Positions 10,067 to 19,336 of a DNA stretch of 64,000 nt are shown here, piece by piece. The translations under genes and the position numbers were made by a program. The notes under the pieces were generated by a model. The model had not been told where the DNA came from. It saw only the letters and a program-made list of their open reading frames with translations, and ran no database searches. Position 1 is the stretch's first letter. Each line of letters starts with the position of its first letter. Source of the stretch: an uncultured Ruficoccus sp. (lineage in GTDB: Bacteria > Verrucomicrobiota > Verrucomicrobiia > Opitutales > Cerasicoccaceae); contig OZ223484.1 of the NCBI GenBank assembly GCA_965140785.1, positions 64,001 through 128,000 on the forward strand. The letters are read 5' to 3'.

Positions 10067-11401
10067 TTATACTTCACTGGGAGGCGCATCGTCCTCACTC
10101 CATTCTCTAGATTGCTCTCCCAATGTTGCTTCTCGCCAAACCGTAGAACCGTTGCACGGCATATCCTCGGGAGGATTTTCACCGTCATATTGCCATTGAA
10201 GATTCACATCCCGGACTCCCCCCATCCCAAAATAGTAACCACCCGGGGTTTTTCTCCACGCCGCCCAAGCTTGTCCATCACTCTGGACCTTCCATTCAAT
10301 AGGGTAATCATCAGATAATCGTTTATTTGCCACAGGTGAAATAAGCAACCCCAACTCCGATTGGTAACGGCCCCCCTGGTTGCGATACCACCCCATCTGG
10401 CAAAAATACAAGTGCATCAATTCATCCTTGGTCTCGTAAAACTCCCGTCGATCAAGCCAGAGACCATTTTCACCTCTCCCAGTAAGCCCCGCATATTTTT
10501 CAAGGCGAACTTTACGCTCTAGCATCGCTCTGGCTTTCTCCTTCACCGTACAACGATACCTCTTCATCGTTCTCCATGCGGCTGCAAATGTACGCTCTCG
10601 GGCCACCTCTGGAAGCCATATACCACAAAAACGGGATGCATAGTGTAAGCGCCCCAGGAAACCCAAACCAACAGCTATATAAACGCGAAACAAAGGCTTC
10701 CTATCCTTACTAAAAAAACCAAGACGAACAAATGTCCCTTCGCACGCAGCAATATAGGCAAATGAATACATAAACGGCACCAGCATTATTGGTAACCATA
10801 TCGACATCGCATAGGCTCTCACCTGCGCCAACCAGTCAAAGTCATCAAACCGATCAATAAGTTGAATTGTCGTTTTTGCAAAAAGAGATAGACCAATAAT
10901 CCCAAGAAGGCACTGCGCGATTTTTGTGATGGTTCCACCCCCCTCCATTCTTTTGCTAACTGCTTCAATCAGGACGAGGAACAACGCAATTATTTGCATG
11001 AGAACTTCCCCCCACAACGGGAACGGGGCTAGGTTTACATAGATTACTAGTATTGCGGAAAGACTAAAAACACTTCGCCATACATGGGAGATTAACTCCT
11101 GAGCGTCTTTCATTTTCACAACTTTAACAATCATGGGAAACCCCATGAAAATCACGATAATCAACGTATCCTTGAGCAAATCCCAAGACCATACATTGAA
11201 AACCTGGGCAAGAAGAACGACAGCAGCTACATACACCAAGTAAAATAAAACAGTAAATATTATTTTGCGGTGTAATAAGGCGTTAATTACGGACAAAAAA
11301 GAACGCGCGATATCTCTTCGATTCGATGAATAAACAAGGACTAACGAAATAAATCCGATTAGAATAATCAGCGTTGCTATTTCGCGCGTAGAAAACTCCA
11401 T
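10067..11401 (-). CDS. Hypothetical polytopic membrane protein with a soluble C-terminal domain (444 aa)
   Basis: Long AT-rich ORF; several hydrophobic helices in the first ~250 aa, then a hydrophilic Trp/Gly-rich tail; family not recognised. Confidence 0.8.
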   Translation of the reverse strand: MEFSTREIATLIILIGFISLVLVYSSNRRDIARSFLSVINALLHRKIIFTVLFYLVYVAAVVLLAQVFNVWSWDLLKDTLIIVIFMGFPMIVKVVKMKDAQELISHVWRSVFSLSAILVIYVNLAPFPLWGEVLMQIIALFLVLIEAVSKRMEGGGTITKIAQCLLGIIGLSLFAKTTIQLIDRFDDFDWLAQVRAYAMSIWLPIMLVPFMYSFAYIAACEGTFVRLGFFSKDRKPLFRVYIAVGLGFLGRLHYASRFCGIWLPEVARERTFAAAWRTMKRYRCTVKEKARAMLERKVRLEKYAGLTGRGENGLWLDRREFYETKDELMHLYFCQMGWYRNQGGRYQSELGLLISPVANKRLSDDYPIEWKVQSDGQAWAAWRKTPGGYYFGMGGVRDVNLQWQYDGENPPEDMPCNGSTVWREATLGEQSREWSEDDAPPSEV

Positions 11402-11694
11402 ATAAACGAATCGCTATATTAAATCATAGACCAGTCACATAAACCCACCATAAATAGTATCCTACAATATCATTTCAAGCAGTTCCGCAAGTCTAGAGTC
11501 AGCGCCAAAAGCCAATTCCCAAGGACATCCCCCCACCCTTGAGGCCTTGACTAATCAGGCTTCGACCACTAGGTTATTTATCCTCAATCAGCCAACTGAA
11601 GCTGTTTTTCAGTCCGCTGAAATCGCCTGAATCCTGCTGAATCAGTGTCCTCCAGAAGAGACCATCAGCGGAGCTGAATAGGCCGTACAATCGG

Positions 11695-13227
11695 GTGGTG
11701 AAGGAATACCACCAACTCGAACCGCCGCCGGTAGGTGGCAAGGCTTATTCCATTTCAACGAAAGGCGAGAGCGTGGCACTCCAGATAAAGCCCACTTCCA
11801 AGTGGTTCTATGGGCGCATCATGGTTAACGGCGTCAAAAAGTCGGTTAACCTGGGCATTGAAGTCAAGGGGCGGCGGCCCCGTTCCCTCCGAGAGAAGGG
11901 TGACGCCCTCTTCGAGCGCTCCCGGGGACAGGCCGAGGAAAAGCTGAGCCGGATGCAGGCGGAATCCAAAAAGAAGAAAGCCAGCGTTGAAATCCTCCAG
12001 ACGATCCATGAAGCTCGAACCGGCCAACGGGCAACCTCGATTCCGCTGCGTGCGCACGGAGATGCCAAAGGCATGTTCGAAGCCTGGCAGGCGGTTCCCC
12101 GCAAACGTCGGCAGTCCCCCAGCTACGTTGCGCAAATGAAGTCTCTCTTCAGCCGCTTCATCGCCTTTATCGAAAGTGAGTACCCCGACAGGCAAGCCCG
12201 CGAGATGTCCGATGTGCGCAGCCACATGGCCCGCGCGTTCATGCAGGCCGAAGAAAAACGCGGCGTGTCCGCCAAAACCTACAACAACGCGCTCATTGCG
12301 CTCCGCTCGGCCTTCGGACTACTGGCCAAGGAGGCCGCCTTGTTCGAAAACCCTTTTGAGGGCATCCCCACCCGTGAGGAAGATACCGCCTTCCGCAAGC
12401 CCTTCGACATCGACGAGCTTTCCCGGATCGTGGAAGTCGCCAACCGCACGGAGCACGCCTTCATTCGCCCGATCATCATTACCGGCATCAGCACCGCCAT
12501 GCGGCGCGGCGACTGCTGCCTGCTCGCTCCGCCGTCCGTCGATTTCGGCCAGAAGTTCATCAAGGTCAAAGTCGGCAAAACCCATAAAATCGCGGAGATT
12601 CCGCTCTTCCCCTTGCTGGAAGAAGAACTCAAACGCTTCCCGCTGACGAAAAAACGGGAGTACTTTTTCCCCGCACAGGCAAAGATGTACCAGGAGAATC
12701 CAGATGGAATCACCTGGCGCGTCAAAAAAGTGCTCCAGGACGCCGGTTACTATGACGCCGCCAGCAAGAAACCCGATCAGGCAAGCCCGGCCCACGTAGC
12801 CGATGTCCACGCCAAGCGCGAAACCGGTCTGCGCACGGCCTCCATCCGCGACTTTCATTCCTTCCGGGTTAGCTGGGTAACCCTCGCCCTGACCTCGGGC
12901 GTCGATCTTGAGCTCGTACGCATGGTCACGGGCCACAAAACCGTCGATATCGTGCTCAAGCACTACTTCCAGCCGGGTCGCGAGTATTTCCGGAACAATC
13001 TCCAATCCAAGATGCCCGGCCTACTGATGAACCGCGTGGATTCGCAAGCACCAAGCGACAGCGATCAGCAACAGACACTCCTCAACCTAATGGAGCTCAC
13101 CTCTCAGTTGAACGCGACCAACGCAGAACAGATCAAACCTCAGTTGATGAATGGTTTAAAACACCTGCTGGAAAACGTCGCCACCGACTCAAGCAACCGA
13201 TGGGCAAAATTTCTCGTCCAGACCTGA
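11695..13227 (+). CDS. Tyrosine recombinase/integrase
   Basis: Catalytic residues present: TAMRRGD (R), VGKT (K), FHSFR (HxxR), TGH, KHY (Y). Start codon uncertain. Confidence 0.93.
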   Translation: MVKEYHQLEPPPVGGKAYSISTKGESVALQIKPTSKWFYGRIMVNGVKKSVNLGIEVKGRRPRSLREKGDALFERSRGQAEEKLSRMQAESKKKKASVEILQTIHEARTGQRATSIPLRAHGDAKGMFEAWQAVPRKRRQSPSYVAQMKSLFSRFIAFIESEYPDRQAREMSDVRSHMARAFMQAEEKRGVSAKTYNNALIALRSAFGLLAKEAALFENPFEGIPTREEDTAFRKPFDIDELSRIVEVANRTEHAFIRPIIITGISTAMRRGDCCLLAPPSVDFGQKFIKVKVGKTHKIAEIPLFPLLEEELKRFPLTKKREYFFPAQAKMYQENPDGITWRVKKVLQDAGYYDAASKKPDQASPAHVADVHAKRETGLRTASIRDFHSFRVSWVTLALTSGVDLELVRMVTGHKTVDIVLKHYFQPGREYFRNNLQSKMPGLLMNRVDSQAPSDSDQQQTLLNLMELTSQLNATNAEQIKPQLMNGLKHLLENVATDSSNRWAKFLVQT

Positions 13228-13235
13228 CATACCCC

Positions 13236-13595
13236 TCAGACGGCGATTCGCATGTCCTTGGTAACACCTCGAAGCTTGGGCCGATAATCCGCGCGCTGTT
13301 GAGAAAGCGCGATCAAGTCCTCATAGCTGTAGCGAAAGACTCCCTCAAAGATTTCGACCGGTCGAATCGCCCCGGAATGGACGAGTCGCCAGAACGTCAC
13401 TCGACTCACCCCCAGCTTTTTGGCCGCATCGTTCAGCTTCAGCAGCATGGGCTCGCCCGCCGGGCGGGCTCTCGGCCCCTCTTGGACTGGCAATTTTCCC
13501 GCCAACGCCAGTTTAATAGCTTCGGCAACTCTGGCGTCGATCTGATCGTCATTATTGATCGCCAGCTCAATGATGGTCTTCGTGGCTTCTTTCAT
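13236..13595 (-). CDS. Excisionase-like helix-turn-helix protein (HTH_17/MerR-like)
   Basis: LLKLNDAAKKLGVSRVTFWRLVHSGAIRPV...RYSYEDL; convergent with the integrase. Confidence 0.78.
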   Translation of the reverse strand: MKEATKTIIELAINNDDQIDARVAEAIKLALAGKLPVQEGPRARPAGEPMLLKLNDAAKKLGVSRVTFWRLVHSGAIRPVEIFEGVFRYSYEDLIALSQQRADYRPKLRGVTKDMRIAV

Positions 13596-14237
13596 GGCAT
13601 CCTCTCGATGCTTCCATTGTAGCCCAGACCATCCGTCATAAATAGGGGAACTTGACGGTAGCCGTTTTCCCTATTGTTCAGACAGACACCATTATAAACC
13701 GCCATAAATGACGTCTTAGCTCACAAATCTCACATCAATACGCCATATGTGACTTATTGTTCCGATACGGATTAATCATCATTGTACCACAACCAAGATT
13801 TACTGGTTCACCTATAACAGGAATGTTCGTTCTTTTAATGCTCATAATCATTAATTTACAAAACAATCATGCCCGGGTTTTGTCAGAAAAACCTACCTGA
13901 TTTTCTGACAACCCCATTTCCCTAATCTGCGAGATCAGCAGAAAGGATCCCCTGACCCATCGGAAAAACCGTCCGTGCACATCCGCCCCTCCATTAACAA
14001 ATGGCTCCCCAAGTTCCCAATTTTCCCTCTCTCGTGAATTCCTCAGGAAACTAACATTCATGAGTTAACTAAATGTTATTTTAGATGACATTCAGCTAAT
14101 GGTTTGACTTTAAACCCCAAATAATATTCACAACTTGCATTTAGTGAATTTTAAATAAGGTATCTATTCATTGACCGTGTCCACTTAAACTGTGCCACTT
14201 GCAAAGTTAGTCTGAGTGCTTAGAAAGGACTCAGACG

Positions 14238-14504
14238 ATGAAAGGCAAGCGATACAGTACAGAGCAAAAAATCCGCATTTTACGCGCCGCTGATGCTGGC
14301 AGAGCGATCGTGGATGTCTGCCGCGAGGCAGGGATCAGCGAGCAGACGTTCCACCGCTGGAAGCGGGAGCTTGGGATGCTGGAAGTCGATCAGGCCAAGC
14401 AACTGAAGGAACTGCAAAAGGAGAACGCTCGGCTGAAGCGTATGCTGGCGGACGAGATACTTGGTAAGGAGCTGCTGAAGGAGGCGCTCGAAAAAAAATG
14501 GTAA
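14238..14504 (+). CDS. IS3 transposase OrfA
   Basis: HTH (CREAGISEQTFHRWK) and leucine zipper (LKELQKENARLKRML). Confidence 0.93.
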   Translation: MKGKRYSTEQKIRILRAADAGRAIVDVCREAGISEQTFHRWKRELGMLEVDQAKQLKELQKENARLKRMLADEILGKELLKEALEKKW

Positions 14505-15478
14505 GCCCTGCACACAAGCGCGAGATGGCGCAAACTCTGGTGTCGCAGGGCAGATGTTCAGCGCGGGCGGCCTGCCGTCACTTTGGGTTGCATCGCAGTA
14601 CCTTCGGCTATCAGGCGAAGGAGACTACGCCCTGGTTGGCAAAGTTACGTGGGGCTTTGCGTCGCAAGAGCGAAGCGCATCCCGAGCTGGGTTACCCGAA
14701 AATCACTCATCTACTCAAGCGCGATGGTTGGGACGTAGGTAAGCGGCTGGTGCAGCGCCTGCGCCAGGAGATGGGGCTGAAGTGTCCGACTAAGAAGCCT
14801 CGTCAGCGTCGGCGCGGCCCCTCGACGGGCTTACCGACAAAGGCTACTCATCAGGGCCACGTGTGGACCTGCGACTTCGTGGCCGACCGTACGGCTAAGG
14901 GCGGATCAATCCGCATGCTCACGGTACTCGATGAGTACACCCGTGAGTGCCTGTGCATCCACGTCGATCGCCACCTCAACGCCGCCAAGGTGCGAGCCGT
15001 CATGAGCGAGTTGATCAGTGCCTACGGCAGCCCCGAGCACATCCGTAGCGACAACGGCAGCGAGTTTATCGAGAAGAGCCTGCGTAAATGGTACGCGGAC
15101 GAGGAGATCAAGACGCTCTACATTGAGCCGGGCAGTCCCTGGCAGAACGGCTACATAGAATCCTTCAACGGCAGACTCCGCGATGAGTGCCTCAACCGCG
15201 AGTGGTTTTATACGCTCACCGAGGCACGCGTCGTCATCGAGGACTGGCGATGGAAGTACAACAACATCCGACCCCACCGTTCACTCGGACTGCTCACACC
15301 ACTGGAGTTTGCAGCCAAAGAAACCGCACCAACCCCCTTCGACATCAACTTCCAAGGCATGGGCTACACTCGGGCTACGCCCTCCTTCCGCCCAAGCCTT
15401 GACACCCTCTACAACCTAACCCTAAATCACATCATTAACCCGCTCAGACTAACTCTCAATGCGGTACAGTTTGCGTAG
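14498..15478 (+). CDS. IS3 transposase OrfB (DDE), fused to OrfA by -1 frameshift
   Basis: WTCDF, RSDNGSEF, PGSPWQNGYIESFN, YNNIRPHRSLG. Confidence 0.95.
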   Translation: MVSPAHKREMAQTLVSQGRCSARAACRHFGLHRSTFGYQAKETTPWLAKLRGALRRKSEAHPELGYPKITHLLKRDGWDVGKRLVQRLRQEMGLKCPTKKPRQRRRGPSTGLPTKATHQGHVWTCDFVADRTAKGGSIRMLTVLDEYTRECLCIHVDRHLNAAKVRAVMSELISAYGSPEHIRSDNGSEFIEKSLRKWYADEEIKTLYIEPGSPWQNGYIESFNGRLRDECLNREWFYTLTEARVVIEDWRWKYNNIRPHRSLGLLTPLEFAAKETAPTPFDINFQGMGYTRATPSFRPSLDTLYNLTLNHIINPLRLTLNAVQFA

Positions 15479-15486
15479 GCAGGTCA

Positions 15487-16445
15487 ATCTGACTGGCCTC
15501 ATCGATAATCACGCAGTCAAAATCCGCCCGCTTGAGCCGCTCGCTAAACGCGGCAAAGGGCGTCGCCCCGATGACGTAACCCTCCGTACTGTCATCAAAC
15601 CCGCACTCAGCAAAGTTTTCATAGACGGGTGCCTCCAACGTCTCGTCATAACCGGCCACACCGACCTTAGCGACCCGTTCGAGCTCCGGATTCATCTCGC
15701 ACACCTTGTTCAGGGCCTCGTGAATGGCCCGGTGCGTACAAGCCGTGACCAGAATACGCTGGCCCAGAGCCAGTCGCTGCCGGACGATTTGGGCCAGCAC
15801 ACGCGTTTTCCCCGTCCCCGGAGGGCCCTGGACCAGCGCGCACCAATTAGTGGCTGCGCCCATCCCCACGGCCTCCTGCTGAGAATCGTTAAAACCAGCC
15901 TCGGTGGCGGCAGAGGCCGCCGCGTCGTACTCGTAAGGATCTAACCCGTCGGACTGCGCATGGCCTTCGATCAGGGGAAGAATCCGGCTCCGCCCACGCT
16001 CCGTCGCCCCCATTTCGTCCAGGGCCCGATTCAATTGCGGGGCTAAATCGATGAAGCCCGCATCCAGCGTAAAAACGCCCTGTCCCTGGGTGATATGCTT
16101 GGCGTCGGACTCAGAGAAAGAGACCTCAATGAATTCACGCCCGCTCTGGCTCGGACCATCGCCCACCCAAAATCCCAGCGCCAACGGCTCAAAGGGTTTA
16201 CCCGTATGGAGCATAATCCGATCCCTCTCGCGAAACTCGGACAGGTTCTCCTCACACTCGAAGCGCAGGATATTGCCCTCTCGCCGCTGCTGGTACGTTA
16301 TGCGCTCCAGACACTTGCCTTGCAACACCCGCTCCCCCACGGACATCCGCAGCAGCTTTTCATGGCTCGCCTGCTGCGCCCGGGATTCTTCGGCAACCAG
16401 CTCTTTAAGCTCCTGAAAGATGGCTAGATAGTTCTGCGGCGGCAT
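15487..16445 (-). pseudogene. DNA2/NAM7 (Upf1-like, SF1B) helicase, 3'-truncated by IS3
   Basis: QGPPGTGKT Walker A, ILVTACTHRA, IIDEASQ Walker B; the reading frame enters the IS3 right IR immediately after DEASQ. Confidence 0.88.
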
Positions 16446-16583
16446 CGCGTGGGATTATTTACACAAAAAGACTCTCGATCGCCACAGCGTCCAGGGCACG
16501 AAGCATCGAACTAGCATAACGATCCATTGCGCCAGTAGATTGTTAATTCCCCTCACTTTCAATCGCTTAGTGAGTTCAAGGGC

Positions 16584-17351
16584 CTATTTCTTGCCCTTTC
16601 TTTCAGTCTTCCTGGGGGCACCCGGGCTGGAGTCCAGAGTAATCCCCACCGAACGGCAGAAGTGACGCAGGGTCTTGAGAGTCGGCATGGCAGTAGCCCC
16701 GACCTCTACCTCGAAATAACGGACAAATTCGCGCATCGGGTATTTGTCCTTGGGGTGCTCCAACACGTAGAGCAACAGGTAAAATTGCCACCACTGGCCC
16801 GGATCATGGTTCCACTGGCCGTTAGCGTGAAATTCCTCTTCCTGGAGAAAAGTCAGTGTGTCTTTGATCTGCTGAAAGAAATCCGTTCGATTTTCGGCGA
16901 TAGCCCGGCCCAGATAGTCGAGCGTCAGTTGTCTCAGACGGGGGTCGATCGAGGCATCCGCTCCGGCCATGAACCTCTTCCAGGCGCGTACCAACAGATA
17001 GACCCCCAAGTCCCGATTGCCTGACTTGTACCGCTCCAAGAAAATCAGCAGCTCTTTACGAGTCAGGCCGCCATAGGACTGGGACAGACGCTCTTCAACC
17101 TCAGTGGTAAAGACGGCTTTTCGCTCGTGATCCAAAGACTCCTCTTCCGGTGAGCTCACCGTCCCGCCCCCTACACGGCTCGCCGACTTCCCTCCGGCAT
17201 TCTCAACGAATTGCCGGATAAGTAACTTCATGCTCTCGGAAGATCGCCACAAGGAAAGAAACTCCCCAAAACCGGCCTCAATTTCGCTGCCCATCGCACG
17301 CGACAGGAAATCTTCAAAAGTGATTAACGAACGTTTTTCAGAAACGGACAT
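16584..17351 (-). CDS. Hypothetical protein (255 aa), possible C-terminal DNA-binding domain
   Basis: Clean ORF co-oriented with its neighbours; basic C-terminus (PTLKTLRHFCRSVGI...PGAPRK). Confidence 0.72.
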   Translation of the reverse strand: MSVSEKRSLITFEDFLSRAMGSEIEAGFGEFLSLWRSSESMKLLIRQFVENAGGKSASRVGGGTVSSPEEESLDHERKAVFTTEVEERLSQSYGGLTRKELLIFLERYKSGNRDLGVYLLVRAWKRFMAGADASIDPRLRQLTLDYLGRAIAENRTDFFQQIKDTLTFLQEEEFHANGQWNHDPGQWWQFYLLLYVLEHPKDKYPMREFVRYFEVEVGATAMPTLKTLRHFCRSVGITLDSSPGAPRKTERKGKK

Positions 17352-17494
17352 AGGCGAGAAGACGGATAGGCAGTTTGCATGAAGCTCACTTCAGGGTCAA
17401 CCCCTGCCCCAACCGTCCGGCCATCCCCATGGCCTTTAACCCTTTTTTAGCATGCAGGGCTTGCAGTCTCGAAACTGTCCTACGGCCAAGACGA

Positions 17495-18139
17495 TCACGC
17501 CTGCCCATACGTGCTTATGGCCGCCGCTACAATGGGCTTCGCCCACTCTGGGGTCCGAGACAGATCACCCGGACCAAGGATCTTCTGAGCACCAACATCT
17601 AGCAGAAGCATCGGTTGGGGCTGTTGTCCCTCACGGGGGTCCGCTTGCCATGAATTGTCAAACAGCCGTAAGCTGTGTACATAGGGAAGCAGGCGAATCA
17701 GGTTTCGACGGCTGCCATCCCAACGCTCACGAATCTTCTCCTCGGGAATCGGATGCCCGCCTTGCTGGACGCGCTGATGCACCCGCTCAATATTCAATTC
17801 GACCGATCCCAGCCCCACATACCAGATTTTGACATGAGCCTCCCTCTTTGCGGCTTCAATGAGTAAAGCCGGAATGGTCTGCCCTCCCAGAGTCGTTTCA
17901 AACGCATAAGTTGCCTTGTTCGAAATCGCATTCTCCAGCAGCGTCTTTCCCAGCGTCCATGCGTGGCTATTCGCCATGGCCTGAGAAGCATTCGGGTTGT
18001 CTTCCAGAAATCTGCGGGCGACTTCATCCGGATTGTAATACTCAACTCCTTTGGCGCGAAATGTCGCGCCAGCGACACTGCTCTTACCTGAGCCATTGAC
18101 CCCCGCAAGAACGTAAATCACCGGCTGCCTGACAGCCAT
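17495..18139 (-). CDS. Zeta-toxin-like P-loop ATPase/kinase
   Basis: AGVNGSGKS Walker A, NPD, FETTL, RVHQRVQQGGHPIPE, LFDNS motifs. Confidence 0.82.
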   Translation of the reverse strand: MAVRQPVIYVLAGVNGSGKSSVAGATFRAKGVEYYNPDEVARRFLEDNPNASQAMANSHAWTLGKTLLENAISNKATYAFETTLGGQTIPALLIEAAKREAHVKIWYVGLGSVELNIERVHQRVQQGGHPIPEEKIRERWDGSRRNLIRLLPYVHSLRLFDNSWQADPREGQQPQPMLLLDVGAQKILGPGDLSRTPEWAKPIVAAAISTYGQA

Positions 18140-18492
18140 TACCTTGTCGGTTGAGAGCCAATTGCCGCCTTGCCCAGTTCATCAGGCGAAGCATTGAAAG
18201 CATCCTCGTAGGCCTCCTGAGCCTTGCCAGACTGCATCTTAGCAAACCGTGCCTCATACTCCTTTCGAAAGACTTCCAGCGGGTCCCTCGCCGCCAGTTC
18301 TTCAATCATCTGATCGTAAAGTTCTACCGGAAGCAGAATCGCCTCGGGCTTACGACTGCGTGTGATCGTGACCGGCCCTGACTGTAAGACCTTCTGGTAA
18401 ACGCTCTTGAAAGCATTTTTCAGGTCTGATGCGGGCGCCGCAGGCAGACTCTTTGAGCGATGCAAGGTATGGATGTCGTGAACAACCGGCAT
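18139..18492 (-). CDS. Phd/YefM family antitoxin
   Basis: ASDLKNAF...GPVTITRSRKPEAILLPVELYD signature; TAATG overlap with the ATPase gene. Start placed at ATG 18492. Confidence 0.82.
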   Translation of the reverse strand: MPVVHDIHTLHRSKSLPAAPASDLKNAFKSVYQKVLQSGPVTITRSRKPEAILLPVELYDQMIEELAARDPLEVFRKEYEARFAKMQSGKAQEAYEDAFNASPDELGKAAIGSQPTR

Positions 18493-18493
18493 A

Positions 18494-18527
18494 ATGGCAA
18501 TATTTGCCATTTTTACCATTTTGTCAA
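18494..18527 (-). promoter_or_regulatory. Putative sigma70 promoter with an overlapping palindromic operator for the Phd operon
   Basis: Minus strand TTGACA-17 nt-AATATT, ATG 6 nt further on; palindrome ATGGCAA-TAT-TTGCCAT at 18494-18510. Confidence 0.55.
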
Positions 18528-18689
18528 TATCACTCAAGGCTCAAACAGTGACAACGTCACCGTACAAGTCGGTGCAGATTCTTTAAGCGAGCGCAGGAAT
18601 GCAAAGTCACAGAATGAGCTTAAACTCCCATAATAGATTCAAATTGTTACGTTTTTCAGTTGAAAGTCACACAGAAATCCACAACCTCG

Positions 18690-19334
18690 ATGGAAATGAA
18701 GCATTCAGAAATCGAGAAGGGGATACAATTCTTACAGCAATCACGTCTGGCTGAGACCATGAATCTCGCCTACCATTTAGTCGATGAGGTTATGAAAAGT
18801 CAGCCCTTACTCAGTTTGCAAAATAGTCACCACTGCTCTGGCTACCTCCGCTATATTCTAGTCAACAATGTCCTTTTTAGTGCTTTTGAATCCGGACATC
18901 TAACTGGTTTTGAATGCCGCTGGGAAGAAACCAATACAAATGCTTCACCCGAATCAAATGCATTAAAAGCGCTTGTCATGGAGATTGAGGAGTTCTCATT
19001 CGAACCGCATCATCTCAGAAACCCTAAGGCGAAGCCGCGGCGATGCATTAGACGCGACGACTACTGCATGCAAAACCAACGCATGTTGTCTTTCGTCGAG
19101 CAAGCACAGCAGAACAAATACCACTTTGTTCTCTTACATGGGGATAAAGGGCTTGAATTTCTCAACTTAGCACTGATCGATGATGTGGAAGAGAATACTC
19201 ACAGCTACTCTTACTAAAGTCCGTCACTGTTGGTCCGAGAGGTCAGGAGTGACGTCATTGAAATAGAAGATTATAAACCAGTTCTCAAAGACGCAGTAAA
19301 GCAGCTGAATGCTTTAAAAAAAGAGGCTGAGTAA
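18690..19334 (+). pseudogene. Partner (putative toxin) of the XRE-M78 peptidase, interrupted by an in-frame TAA at 19215-19217
   Basis: The frame stays open for 38 codons after the stop and ends 2 nt before the next ATG; AT-rich. Confidence 0.6.
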
Positions 19335-19336
19335 TC

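Larger units (their letters stand above)
14172..15486 (+). mobile_element. IS3 family insertion sequence (IS407-group-like), 1315 bp
   Basis: TG...CA termini with imperfect IRs (TGACCGTGTCCACTTAAACTGTGCCAC vs TGACCTGCCTACGCAAACTGTACCGC); orfA/orfB overlap with an A8 slippery run at 14491-14498. Confidence 0.93.
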
